Assembly (NCBI GenBank): GCA_037189525.1
Contig: JBBCJC010000002.1
Location: forward strand, 1,184,001 to 1,248,000
From: Gemmatimonadales bacterium
Lineage (GTDB): Bacteria > Gemmatimonadota > Gemmatimonadetes > Gemmatimonadales > GWC2-71-9
Length of the DNA stretch: 64,000 nucleotides
Direction of reading: 5' to 3'
Part shown: positions 20,975 through 30,786 of the stretch, piece by piece
Layout of the letters: every line of letters starts with the position of its first letter
Numbering within the stretch: position 1 is the first letter of the stretch
The notes under the pieces: model-generated
What the model was told of the DNA's origin: nothing
What the model saw: only the letters and a program-made list of their open reading frames with translations
Databases searched by the model: none
Translations under genes and position numbers: made by a program

Positions 20975-21692
20975 GCGGCTCGCGCCCGGTGACCAGGCCG
21001 GTGCGGAGACGCTCGAGATCATGGCGGCGGCTCCGAACTACAACACCTGGATGTACGACGCGATCGCGCCGTATCTGGGCCGGAGCGTGCTGGAGGTCGG
21101 GTCGGGAATCGGCAACATGTCGGAGCAGATGCTCAAGCGCGGCGTCGATCGTCTGGTCTTGACCGACATGGATGCGTGGTACCGGGAGCGCCTGGCCGAG
21201 CGATTTGCGGAGCGACCGGAGGTTCGGGTGGATACGCTGATGCTGCCCGATCCGACGGCGGCATCGCGCTTTCGCGAGGATCGGCTCGACACCATCGTTG
21301 CGCTCAACGTGGTCGAGCACATCGAAGATGATGTCGGCGCGCTCCAGACCATGCGCGGCATGCTGGTGCCCGGCGGTCGGATCGTGATCCTGGTCCCTGC
21401 CTTGCAGGCCATCTACGGCGAGATGGATCGGGAGCTCGGGCACTTCCGGCGCTACGGCAAGCGTGCGCTGGCCGAGGTGTTCCGGCGGGCGGGATTCCAG
21501 GTCGATCACATAGCATGGTGGAACCGGGTTGGCGTGGCAGGCTGGTGGTTCAACGGCAAGGTTCGCAAGGTGAGCCGCATTCCGCTCGGCCAGCTGGAAC
21601 GATTCGATCGATTGGTCCCATTGCTTCGGTTGGAGCGATACCTGCCTCTTCCGTTCGGTCAGTCACTGATTGCAGTCGGGAGTCCGGCATGA
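20967..21692 (+). CDS. Class I SAM-dependent methyltransferase
   Basis: [30 protein letters not shown] start overlaps the pilR end. Confidence 0.85.
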   Translation: MPERLAPGDQAGAETLEIMAAAPNYNTWMYDAIAPYLGRSVLEVGSGIGNMSEQMLKRGVDRLVLTDMDAWYRERLAERFAERPEVRVDTLMLPDPTAASRFREDRLDTIVALNVVEHIEDDVGALQTMRGMLVPGGRIVILVPALQAIYGEMDRELGHFRRYGKRALAEVFRRAGFQVDHIAWWNRVGVAGWWFNGKVRKVSRIPLGQLERFDRLVPLLRLERYLPLPFGQSLIAVGSPA

Positions 21693-22414
21693 ACGAGCTG
21701 CCCAAGCTCAGCGTGATCGTTCCGGTCTACAACGAGAAGGCGACTCTCCGCATCATCATCGATCGGTTGCACGCCATTCCGCTGCCGATGGAAATCATTG
21801 CCGTCAACGACCGGTCGACCGACGGCAGCACCGAGATCCTCGACGAGCTCAAGGCGCAGGGACAGATTGATGTGCTGGTGCATCAGCCCGTCAACCGTGG
21901 TAAGGGCTATGCGATCCGCACCGGTATCGCGCACGCCACCGGTGATGTGATCGTGATTCAGGACGCCGACCTCGAGTATGATCCGATCGAGTTCGGTCGG
22001 CTGCTGAGCCCGATTCTGGAGGGGAAAGCGGACGCGGTGTTCGGGTCGCGCTTCCTGGGCGGTGAGCGACGGGTGCTCTACTTTTGGCACTCGGTCGGCA
22101 ACCAGCTGCTGACGCTGGTCTCCAACATGTTCACGAATCTCAATCTGACGGACATGGAGACCTGTTATAAAATGGTGCGTGCACCGATCATGAAGTCGTT
22201 GATCCTGACGACCGATCGGTTCGGCTTCGAGCCGGAGCTGACGGCGCGGCTGGCGCAGGCCAAAGCGCGAATCTGGGAGATTCAGATTTCCTATTCCGGT
22301 CGCACCTACGAAGAAGGGAAGAAGATCGGCTGGAAAGACGGCGTCGCTGCGTTTTTCCATATCGTTCGCTTCAACCTGTTCCCACCCAGAAAAAGGCCGG
22401 CGGACACGCCGTGA
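21689..22414 (+). CDS. GT2 glycosyltransferase (polyprenol-phosphate glycosyltransferase-like)
   Basis: [42 protein letters not shown]. Confidence 0.9.
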   Translation: MNELPKLSVIVPVYNEKATLRIIIDRLHAIPLPMEIIAVNDRSTDGSTEILDELKAQGQIDVLVHQPVNRGKGYAIRTGIAHATGDVIVIQDADLEYDPIEFGRLLSPILEGKADAVFGSRFLGGERRVLYFWHSVGNQLLTLVSNMFTNLNLTDMETCYKMVRAPIMKSLILTTDRFGFEPELTARLAQAKARIWEIQISYSGRTYEEGKKIGWKDGVAAFFHIVRFNLFPPRKRPADTP

Positions 22415-24405
22415 TGTCGACCACCTCGATCCGGCGCGCCATCGCCGTGCTGATCGGGGTGGCGAGCCTGCTCCCGATTGCCGACTTCATATCCGGCGGA
22501 CCGGCCCATGCCGGGTACGCCGAGACCGTGGTTGGATGGCTGTCCGGAGCGGCGATCGTGGCGGGCGGCGGCTTCCTGCTGGCAATGCTGTCCGAGCGTC
22601 TGCCGCTGCTCTGGCGCGCGGGTGCGCTCGGTCGCCTGCTGCGAATCATCGATCCGGTTGCGACGCGGAGCCTGGTCGGGGTCGCCGTCGTGGCGACGGT
22701 GGTATACGCAGCAATCGCGCTCCTCGTATTCGACGGCCTGCCGCTTCACATCGACGAGATCGTTCAGGCCTATCAGGCGCGCATGTACGTCTCGGCACGT
22801 ACCTGGCTGCCCGTGCCGCCCGATCCTGCTCTCACGAGTATCATGCATCTCGTCGAGTACGAGGGCCGTCGGTTCGGCCACTTCCCGCCCGGCGGTCCGC
22901 TCTGGCTCGGGCTGGGTGAACTGGTGCGGGCGCCGTGGCTGGCGGTGCCTGTTGCCGGCGGGCTGGCAGTCGTAGCCTGGGGGCTCTTGCTCCGCCACCT
23001 TGAGACGCGGCCGTCTGTCCGTGCCGGCGCGCTCCTCCTCTTTGCGTTTGCGCCGATGACGGCCTTTCTGGCCGGGTCCCATATGAACCACACCACCGCA
23101 CTGATGGCGGTGTTGTTTGGTGCTGTCGGCCTTTTCAGGATGCTCGCATCGCCGGGCAGGGTGGGGCCGGGGATCCTCGCGGGCGCTGCATTTGGCTTTG
23201 CGGCGATCGTGCGTCCCGCCGATGCGCTGGCTTGGGGTGCGCCGGCTGGTCTCTGGCTCCTGATGAAGGCGCGATCCGATCGACGTTTGATTCAGGGCAT
23301 CGGTGCGGCGGTCGTTGCCGGTGTGGTCCCGTTGATCGTAGCCGGGTGGATTCAGCTCGAGACGACCGGGTCGCCGTTTCGATCGGCGTATGCGCTCATG
23401 TGGGGCCCGAATGTCGGGTTGGGCTTTCATCCGGCGCCGTGGGGGCCGGATCACACCGTGCTGCGGGGGCTCGAACTCGTTACCCTCTACCTATACCGCC
23501 TCAACATCTATCTCTTTGAATTCCCGATTCCATCGCTGCTGCCGGCTCTGATTGCGTTAGTGCTGGCGGCTCGGCTCGCGGCGCCGGATCGATATCTGTT
23601 GGCAGCTGCGAGCGGGGTTCTCGTACTCTACTTCGCCTATTGGTTCGATGGTTTCTATCTGGGTCCACGTTTCGTGGCGACCCTGGCGCCGATTGCCGCG
23701 TTGTGGACGGCACGATTGACTGCGCTGGTGGAGGCGCGAATCGGGCGGGGACGTGCGATGCGGAGTGTGGTGTTCGGCCTGGGGCTGGCCGTCGGGTTGG
23801 CGCTGGCGACCGGGGTGCCGGTCCGACTGACACAACACAGTCACGCCATGCAATCGACTCGATGGAGCCCGGATGCGCTGGCAAGGCACGCCGGGATCTC
23901 GAATGCGACGATCCTCGTTCGGGAGAGTTGGGGCGCCCAGACGCTGGCGCGGCTCTGGGCGTTGGGGATCTCGCGTCCGGACGCGGAGCGCCTCTATCGC
24001 AATGTCGATACCTGCGTACTCGACGGCGCGATTCGGCAACTCGAGGCCGCGCATGTCGACTCGGCGGCCGCGCTCGCGCGGCTAGTACCGTTGCAGGCCG
24101 ATTCGAGTCGGCTGATCGCCTCACCGCTTTCTCCGGATTCCACGGAGCGCGCGTTGCCGGGGGCCAGGTACGAGGCGCGGTGTGTTGCCCGGTTCGTCGA
24201 GGATCGGGCAGGCTTTACGGTCTTTCCGCCGGCGCTGCTTTCCCGCCGAGATGATCTCGTGTTCGTGCGAGACCTGCAGGAACGCAGTGCGGCTGTGGTA
24301 CGAGCGGGGCAATCGGATGCGGTCTATCTGCTCCGCCGGGACCTCGACTCGGGCCGGCTGATGCTCGAACCCGTCTCGCGCGATTCCGTCCAGTCCCTTC
24401 AGTGA
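22411..24405 (+). CDS. Polytopic GT-C type (ArnT/PMT-like) glycosyltransferase
   Basis: IDE motif after the first TM segments, many TM helices, GPRF motif; adjacent to a GT2 gene. Confidence 0.6.
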   Translation: MMSTTSIRRAIAVLIGVASLLPIADFISGGPAHAGYAETVVGWLSGAAIVAGGGFLLAMLSERLPLLWRAGALGRLLRIIDPVATRSLVGVAVVATVVYAAIALLVFDGLPLHIDEIVQAYQARMYVSARTWLPVPPDPALTSIMHLVEYEGRRFGHFPPGGPLWLGLGELVRAPWLAVPVAGGLAVVAWGLLLRHLETRPSVRAGALLLFAFAPMTAFLAGSHMNHTTALMAVLFGAVGLFRMLASPGRVGPGILAGAAFGFAAIVRPADALAWGAPAGLWLLMKARSDRRLIQGIGAAVVAGVVPLIVAGWIQLETTGSPFRSAYALMWGPNVGLGFHPAPWGPDHTVLRGLELVTLYLYRLNIYLFEFPIPSLLPALIALVLAARLAAPDRYLLAAASGVLVLYFAYWFDGFYLGPRFVATLAPIAALWTARLTALVEARIGRGRAMRSVVFGLGLAVGLALATGVPVRLTQHSHAMQSTRWSPDALARHAGISNATILVRESWGAQTLARLWALGISRPDAERLYRNVDTCVLDGAIRQLEAAHVDSAAALARLVPLQADSSRLIASPLSPDSTERALPGARYEARCVARFVEDRAGFTVFPPALLSRRDDLVFVRDLQERSAAVVRAGQSDAVYLLRRDLDSGRLMLEPVSRDSVQSLQ

Positions 24406-24429
24406 TTTTATGCCCGGGCACCTGATCTA

Positions 24430-24477
24430 TTGACAGCGGTCCATTTCTTCAGTATCAATAACGCAATATCAATTTCA
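24430..24477 (+). promoter_or_regulatory. Sigma70 promoter with overlapping degenerate GATAAY-N8-RTTATC box
   Basis: TTGACA (24430), 17-nt spacer, TATCAA (24453); CAATAAC-gcaatatc-AATTTCA at 24456-24477. Confidence 0.65.
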
Positions 24478-24492
24478 TCTTAATTGGTTCTC

Positions 24493-24813
24493 ATGGTTCC
24501 ACCGCGCCGCCATTGGATGTCACGATCCGGTCGGGATCGAATCGCCCTGGTGATTCGGCTCGTCCTGATCATGGCGTTCGGCTGGTCGGCGACGGCTGGA
24601 TCTGTCCATCGTGTTCACGAACTGACGAACGGTCCTCATCACTGTGCCGTGTGCATCGTCGGTCACACGGTGGGCGCCCCTTTGCCGGTCTCGTCGTTCG
24701 ACTTTGCGCCGGGCGGAGTTGAGCGTGCCCAGGATGAGCTGACCGGTCCGTTCTCGGTCCGCTCGTGTCGCATCGTTCCTTCGCCGGCGCGCAGCCCACC
24801 GACCATCCTGTAG
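24493..24813 (+). CDS. DUF2946/CruR-like small membrane protein with His/CxxC and a C-terminal RSPP (RAPP-like) motif
   Basis: One TM segment, HRVH..HHCAVC..H, ends PARSPPTIL*. Start could be 24517. Confidence 0.7.
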   Translation: MVPPRRHWMSRSGRDRIALVIRLVLIMAFGWSATAGSVHRVHELTNGPHHCAVCIVGHTVGAPLPVSSFDFAPGGVERAQDELTGPFSVRSCRIVPSPARSPPTIL

Positions 24814-24918
24814 CACCCCGTCACATCAGCAGGTCGCGGCCACGTGCCGCAACGCCACGTCTTTCGAGATCTGGCGTGTCCTCCGCTATCCACCGGTTCG
24901 TCCGGGGGGAACGACAGC

Positions 24919-25623
24919 ATGCTCGAAGCGATCAATCTGACCAAGTCGTATAACGGTACCGTCGCGCTGCACCCGTTGACGTTGACGGTGCGTCCCGGGG
25001 AGATCTTCTGCCTGCTAGGCGCCAACGGGGCCGGCAAAACGACCACCATCAATCTCTTCCTCAATTTCGTCGAGCCCTCGGGCGGCGTGGCCCGGATCGA
25101 CGGGATCGTCGCATCGGAACGCCCGCTCGAGACGAAACGCCTGCTGGCGTATATCCCGGAGCAGGTCACCCTGTATCGCCATCTGAGCGGGCTCGAGAAC
25201 CTCGAGTACTTCTCGGTGCTCGGTGGGCAGTCGCGATATTCAGAGGCAGAGTTGCTCGGGTTTCTCGACCACGTCGGTCTGGATGCGGCGGCGGCTCGGC
25301 GGCGGGTCGGATCGTACTCGAAAGGCATGCGCCAGAAGGTCGGGATTGCAATCGCGATTGCCAAGAAAGCCAAGGCTCTGCTGTTGGACGAGCCGACCAG
25401 CGGCCTCGATCCCAAGGCGTCCAACGAATTCTCGACCCTGCTCGGCCTGCTGAGCGATCAGGGTGTCGCGGTCCTGATGGCGACACATGACCTCTTCCGC
25501 GCCAAGGAGTCCGGCCACCGGCTCGGCATCATGAAGCAGGGACGCTTGGTTAGTACGGTCGCGGCCAACGAGATCGGACACGCCGATCTCGAGCAACTGT
25601 ACCTCCAGCACATGAGGGACTAG
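24919..25623 (+). CDS. ABC transporter ATP-binding protein
   Basis: GANGAGKTT, YSKGMRQK, LLLDEPTSGLDP. Confidence 0.92.
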   Translation: MLEAINLTKSYNGTVALHPLTLTVRPGEIFCLLGANGAGKTTTINLFLNFVEPSGGVARIDGIVASERPLETKRLLAYIPEQVTLYRHLSGLENLEYFSVLGGQSRYSEAELLGFLDHVGLDAAAARRRVGSYSKGMRQKVGIAIAIAKKAKALLLDEPTSGLDPKASNEFSTLLGLLSDQGVAVLMATHDLFRAKESGHRLGIMKQGRLVSTVAANEIGHADLEQLYLQHMRD

Positions 25624-25625
25624 CC

Positions 25626-27032
25626 ATGATCGGCGCAATCGTCAGAAAAGAAATCCGGGAGATAGCGCGCGACGGTCGCTTTCGCGTCGCGGCAATCACC
25701 GTGCTGGTGCTCCTGGTCGCTGCGCTCGCGGTGGGATGGCGGGCGGCGGCGTCTGCCCACGCCGAACGGGATGCGGCGGCCAATCTGGCCCGCTCCCATT
25801 GGGTCAATCAGCCGGCCAAGAATCCGCACTCCGCTGCGCACTATGGGGTCTATGCGTTCAAGCCCAAGACGCCGCTCTCGTTCGTCGATGACGGGGTCGA
25901 TCCCTATACCGGTGTGCTGGCGTATCTGGAGGCCCATGTCCAGAACGATTTCACGCATCGGCCTGCCGCTGACGGCACCGCGCTGTCCCGATTCGGGGCG
26001 TTGACGGCTGCGGGCGTGCTCCAGGTGCTCGTTCCGCTCCTGATCGTGGTGCTCGCGGCTGGTACGATCGCCGGCGAGCGGGAGCAGGGGACGTTGCGGC
26101 AGCTCCTGAGTGTCGGCGTGCGGAGCCGCGATCTGGCGATCGGCAAGATGCTGGGCCTGGGAGGCGCTCTGATGCTGTTGCTGATCCCGGCCACGATCAT
26201 CGGTGTGGCGGCGCTGTTGGTGGGGACCGATGGCAGCGGCAGTGGCAGCCGTTTTCTGCTCCTGGCCGCCGTCTACCTCGGCTACTTCATCGTTTGGATC
26301 GCCTTGTCGTTCGCGGTGTCGGCCTGGGCGCCATCGACTCGTGCCGCGCTGATCTGTCTGCTCGGGCTCTGGATGGTCAACAGTCTGCTGGCTCCCAGGG
26401 CGGCGACCGATTTGGTGCGACGGCTCCACCCGACCCCGACGGCGCTCGAGTTCCAGCGGGTCATGGCGGCGGAGCAGCAGGCGGACTCCACTGGCCGGAC
26501 GTACGCCCAGTATCAGGAGGCGTTTCAGCGCGAGGTGCTGTCGCGATATCGGGTCGATAGTGTTGCGGACCTGCCGGTCAATTTTGCTGGTTTGAGTCTC
26601 GATGCCAGCGAGCGATGGAGCGACGCGGTCTTCGACCGCAACTATGGCCGCTTGTGGGCCACCTACGTCCGGCAGGATCAGGCCCGCAGTCTGTTCGGGT
26701 TTGCCTTTCCGTTCGTGGCGGTTCGGGCATTGTCACAGGGATTGGCGGGCACCGACTTCTATCATCATCGCGAGTTTGCGACGGCCGCCGAGCAGTATCG
26801 CCGCCATCTGGTGCGCGTCATGAACGACGACCTGGCGGAACATGGCAAGACGGCGGGATTTCAGTACATGGGAGACCACGCCCTCTGGTCGTCGGTCGAG
26901 CCGTTCGAGTATCAGACGCCTGAGGTCGGTTTCGTCATGGCCCATCATGGCCGTGATCTCGCAGCGTTGGGTGGGTGGCTCGTGCTCGGTCTCGGGCTCG
27001 CGCTGGTCGGCGCGCGGAGGGTCCGGGTATGA
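25626..27032 (+). CDS. ABC-2 type permease (DUF3526-like) 1
   Basis: KNPHSAAHYG, EREQGTLR, LAGTD..HH..F...AE.YR. Confidence 0.8.
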   Translation: MIGAIVRKEIREIARDGRFRVAAITVLVLLVAALAVGWRAAASAHAERDAAANLARSHWVNQPAKNPHSAAHYGVYAFKPKTPLSFVDDGVDPYTGVLAYLEAHVQNDFTHRPAADGTALSRFGALTAAGVLQVLVPLLIVVLAAGTIAGEREQGTLRQLLSVGVRSRDLAIGKMLGLGGALMLLLIPATIIGVAALLVGTDGSGSGSRFLLLAAVYLGYFIVWIALSFAVSAWAPSTRAALICLLGLWMVNSLLAPRAATDLVRRLHPTPTALEFQRVMAAEQQADSTGRTYAQYQEAFQREVLSRYRVDSVADLPVNFAGLSLDASERWSDAVFDRNYGRLWATYVRQDQARSLFGFAFPFVAVRALSQGLAGTDFYHHREFATAAEQYRRHLVRVMNDDLAEHGKTAGFQYMGDHALWSSVEPFEYQTPEVGFVMAHHGRDLAALGGWLVLGLGLALVGARRVRV

Positions 27033-28471
27033 GCAGCGTCTTTGGTCGGATGCTTCGTCATGAATGGCGGATGCTCACGGCCGATCGGACCGTCTGGTTG
27101 GTGTCGATCATTTTCGGCCTGCTGATCCTGTACGCGGTCGGCAACGGGGTCAGCTGGGTCCGGTCACAGGAGGTGGTCCTCGATTCGGTGGAAGCGGACG
27201 GCAGCCGTCGCCTGGCGCAGCTGACTCGTGCGCTCGACTCGATCCCCGCGGACGCGCCGCCGCCTGCCGCGTTCGGGCGCGATCCCCGCAGTCCCGGCAG
27301 CGTCGGGAACTTCGACGGGGCGCAGTTCGCGACGCTGCGTCCGCAAGCGCTGGCTCCGCTGGCAGTCGGCCAGACCGACCTGCTGCCGCAATATCTCCGG
27401 GTCACGATGCGGAGCAAGCTGACGCTGGCAGCGGCTCAGGAGCTCGAAAACCCCTCTAATCTGCTGGAGGGGCGTTTCGATCTCGCCTTCGTCGTCGTGT
27501 ATCTCTTCCCGCTGTTCATCCTTGCTCTGGGCTTCAATCTCCTTGCGGCCGAGCGGGAGGGAGGCACGCTGGGAATGGTTGCGGCGCAGCCGGTGTCGCT
27601 CGCGGCACATCTCGGCGCCAAGGTGGTGGTGCGGGGCGGCTTCATGCTCGGCCTGGCCATGGTCGCCACCCTGGTCGGTCTGCTACTGAATGGTGCTTTG
27701 CCCGGCATGCCTCCGGGGAAGCTGGCGCTCTGGTTTCTGGTGCTCGCGGCGTACGGCGCATTCTGGTTTGCGGTGGCCGTCGTCGTCAACGCCGTTCCGC
27801 GATCGTCGGCGGCCAACGCGACGATCCTGGCGGGTGTCTGGCTCCTGCTCGTCGTGGTCGTTCCGGCCGTGGCCGGCACGCTGGTCAACACGTTGCACCC
27901 GATGCCATCCCGGGTCGAGCTGATCGGCGCGATGCGGACGGCATCGAACGATGCCAGTGCCCGCGGCGCGCAACTGCTGGCCAAGGTCTATGGAGACCAT
28001 CTCGACCTGGCGCCGTCCGGCGCCATGACGTCGGCCGACTTCATGTCGCGCACCTATGCGGTCCAGGAGGAAGTCGATCGGCAGCTGGCGCCGCTGGCCG
28101 ACCGTTTCGATGCACAGCTCGATCGGCAACACGTTTTGGCGGCGCGGTATCAGCTCGCCAGCCCGGCGCTGGTGGCATCATTTGCCTTTGCCGACCTTGC
28201 GGGCACCGGACCGACCCGGTATCGGCACTGGCGCGAGAAGGTAGCCAGCTATCACGAGGCGTGGCAGCAGTTCTTCATTCCACGAGCCTTCCGGCACGAG
28301 TGGCTGGATGCTTCGGCATATCCGGCGATTCCCCGTTTTTCCTACGGCGACGAGTCTCGGAGTGAGGTGCTTCGCCGGGTCGGGATCGCGCTGGTCGTGC
28401 TGCTCCTTCCGACCGTGTTGTTGGCGGGCTATTCGGTGCGTCGCCTCAAGCGCTATCAAGTTGCCGTATGA
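27029..28471 (+). CDS. ABC-2 type permease (DUF3526-like) 2
   Basis: LAVGQTDL, ENP..L..GRFDLAFV.VYLFPL, EREGGTL, LAGT. Confidence 0.8.
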   Translation: MSSVFGRMLRHEWRMLTADRTVWLVSIIFGLLILYAVGNGVSWVRSQEVVLDSVEADGSRRLAQLTRALDSIPADAPPPAAFGRDPRSPGSVGNFDGAQFATLRPQALAPLAVGQTDLLPQYLRVTMRSKLTLAAAQELENPSNLLEGRFDLAFVVVYLFPLFILALGFNLLAAEREGGTLGMVAAQPVSLAAHLGAKVVVRGGFMLGLAMVATLVGLLLNGALPGMPPGKLALWFLVLAAYGAFWFAVAVVVNAVPRSSAANATILAGVWLLLVVVVPAVAGTLVNTLHPMPSRVELIGAMRTASNDASARGAQLLAKVYGDHLDLAPSGAMTSADFMSRTYAVQEEVDRQLAPLADRFDAQLDRQHVLAARYQLASPALVASFAFADLAGTGPTRYRHWREKVASYHEAWQQFFIPRAFRHEWLDASAYPAIPRFSYGDESRSEVLRRVGIALVVLLLPTVLLAGYSVRRLKRYQVAV

Positions 28472-30675
28472 TTGGCCCGCTTCGGCAAGTGGCGGGCGGT
28501 ACGATCATCGCGCTGGTGGCTGGTGGAGGGGTTCTGGCTGCCCAGCAGCCGGATTCGATAGGGGCGCCGGCGATTCGCGCGGAGCGGGCGACGACACCGG
28601 TGCGCATCGATGGTCGTCTCGACGACCCGGCCTGGCAGATTGCCAGGCCGGTGTCCGGCTTCCGGCAGGTCGATCCCATGCACAACGCGGCGGCCACGCT
28701 CGACACCGAAGTGCGGATTCTGTTCGACGACCGGTTTCTCTACGTAGGCGCGGTTGCCCGGGACCCGGCGGGACGCGCGGGCGTGCGGGTGGTGAACCTC
28801 GACCGCGATTTCGATTTTTTCGCCAACGATCTGTTTGGTATCACGCTCGACCCCTTCTGGGACCGGCGCAACGCGGTCGGCTTTCAGACCAATCCCTACG
28901 GGGTCCAGCGCGACCTGCTCGCGTTCGATGACAACCTCTTCGATCGCGATTGGTCGGCATCGTGGCGGGTCAAAGCGACAGTCGGCGATTCGGGGTGGAC
29001 CGCAGAGTTCGCGATTCCCTGGTCGACGCTCCGATACCGACCGCAGGCGGATACCTGGGGCGTCAACTTCGTGCGAATCGCGCGGCGGATCAACGAGCAG
29101 TCTGGATGGTCGCCCTGGCCCCGTGCGGCAACCAACATGCGGATGCAGTACGCTGGCCGCCTGGAGGGGCTCGAGCCACCGCCGCCATCGCGAAATATCC
29201 GACTGCAACCGTATGCGACCGGCCGGTTCCGCCGTACGCAGCTGCCGAGTGGCGCGGTCGATGCAACCGATCCGGAACTGGGCGGTGACCTCAAGTGGGC
29301 GGTCACACCCAACACGGTGGTCGATCTCACGGTCAATACGGATTTCGCCGAGGCCGATGTCGACCGCCAGGTCGTCAATCTGAGCCGGTTCTCCACGCTG
29401 TTTCCCGAACGGCGCCAGTTCTTTCTCGAAGGGGCCAGCCTGTTCGAGACCGGCCGGGAGTCCGGCAATCTCCGGCCGTTCTATTCGCGCCGGATCGGTC
29501 TCGATGAGGCGGGGCTGCCGATTCCGATCGACGGTGGTGTCCGACTGGTACACCGCTCGGCGCAACGCGGCGTTGGCGGGCTGTTGATGCGGCAGCGCGG
29601 AACCGACCGGACCGGTCCGTCACATTTCGCGATGGCCCGATTCAGTCAGAACGTCGGCGCCGGTCATCGAGTTGGTACGCAGGTCATCCATCGGCACGAT
29701 GCTGGAGTCCGTGGTGCGTCCGCTGGCACCAATACCGTGGGCGTGGTGGACGGATTGTGGCGTCCGGATCCGACCGGGACGGTCCGTGCCATGGTCTCGG
29801 CCTCGCAGACGACGGGGGCGGGCGGCGACGACGTCGCCGGGTTTTTCCATGCCTATTCGGACAAGCCGTTCGGTTACTTCGGCTGGATTCAGGAGTATGT
29901 CGGTCCGGAGTACACCGCCGGAACGGGCTTCATCGGCCGACAGAACTACGTCTGGACCAGTCCAGCGGCCACGTTCGATTGGCGCCCGTCGTGGCGACCG
30001 CGCCAGATTCGGAAGTTCTTCCCCGGGTTCACGACCAGCTTCTACCACGATGCCGATAACCTGGCATTTCGTGAAGGGTCGATTCAGTTCCGCCTGCTGG
30101 CCGCGCAGTTCAACGATGGATCGGAACTCCGCTTCTGGGTCCGGCCCGAGTGGCAGCGGCTCGACCGGCCCTTCACACCGATTCCCGGGATGACGCTGCC
30201 AGTCGGAAACTATGACTTCGGCCAGTATGCGGTAACCTATGCGCCCGATCTGTCGCGGCCGTACTTCGCCTATGTGACGCTCGCCAACGGCAGCTTCTAT
30301 GACGGACGGCGACAGCAGCTGATCTATCGCGCCAGTCCGCTGCCGGGACCTCGGCTCCGACTCACGCTCGACTATGAAGGCAATCGGTTTCGCGATGTGG
30401 GTCCCGACCGGGTCGATCAGACGACCCATCTGGTGAGCGGGCTGTTGCGCTACACGCCGACGCCGCAACTCGGCGTCTCCGCCTACTACGAGTACAGCTC
30501 GACCAGTAAGCTCGGCGTCTGGAATGCGCGGCTTTCGTGGGAGTTCCGGCCGCTGTCGTATCTCTATCTCGTCTACAACGATCGCCGTCCCCAGGGAGAA
30601 CTCAGTCCGGGTGTGGTGCGTCCGGCTGAGGAGCGGCAGCTCCTGGTCAAGGTCACGTACATGGGGCAGCTCTGA
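28468..30675 (+). CDS. DUF5916-type outer-membrane protein with N-terminal CBM9-like domain
   Basis: Signal peptide, IDGRLDDPAW, WTAEFAIPWSTLRY, DLTVNTDF..D...VNL.RF...FPE.R.FFLEG, beta-strand C-terminus. Confidence 0.78.
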   Translation: MIGPLRQVAGGTIIALVAGGGVLAAQQPDSIGAPAIRAERATTPVRIDGRLDDPAWQIARPVSGFRQVDPMHNAAATLDTEVRILFDDRFLYVGAVARDPAGRAGVRVVNLDRDFDFFANDLFGITLDPFWDRRNAVGFQTNPYGVQRDLLAFDDNLFDRDWSASWRVKATVGDSGWTAEFAIPWSTLRYRPQADTWGVNFVRIARRINEQSGWSPWPRAATNMRMQYAGRLEGLEPPPPSRNIRLQPYATGRFRRTQLPSGAVDATDPELGGDLKWAVTPNTVVDLTVNTDFAEADVDRQVVNLSRFSTLFPERRQFFLEGASLFETGRESGNLRPFYSRRIGLDEAGLPIPIDGGVRLVHRSAQRGVGGLLMRQRGTDRTGPSHFAMARFSQNVGAGHRVGTQVIHRHDAGVRGASAGTNTVGVVDGLWRPDPTGTVRAMVSASQTTGAGGDDVAGFFHAYSDKPFGYFGWIQEYVGPEYTAGTGFIGRQNYVWTSPAATFDWRPSWRPRQIRKFFPGFTTSFYHDADNLAFREGSIQFRLLAAQFNDGSELRFWVRPEWQRLDRPFTPIPGMTLPVGNYDFGQYAVTYAPDLSRPYFAYVTLANGSFYDGRRQQLIYRASPLPGPRLRLTLDYEGNRFRDVGPDRVDQTTHLVSGLLRYTPTPQLGVSAYYEYSSTSKLGVWNARLSWEFRPLSYLYLVYNDRRPQGELSPGVVRPAEERQLLVKVTYMGQL

Positions 30676-30721
30676 GACGGATTGGCGCGGGCAATCGGTC
30701 TTCAAGGAGGAGGTGGGAGAC

Positions 30722-30781
30722 GTGGCAAACCCATTGACGGACCTCCGCTGGGCGATACGGTCGTTGCAGGGAGGATGCTAG
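30722..30781 (+). pseudogene. 19-codon relic of an ADOP permease N-terminus (MANPLTDLRWAIRSLQGGC*)
   Basis: Strong RBS AAGGAGGAGG. DLRWAIRSL matches DLRATLRSL, DLRSAIRSM and DLRLVLRSL in the three intact permeases of this window. Confidence 0.55.
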
Positions 30782-30786
30782 TGGTC

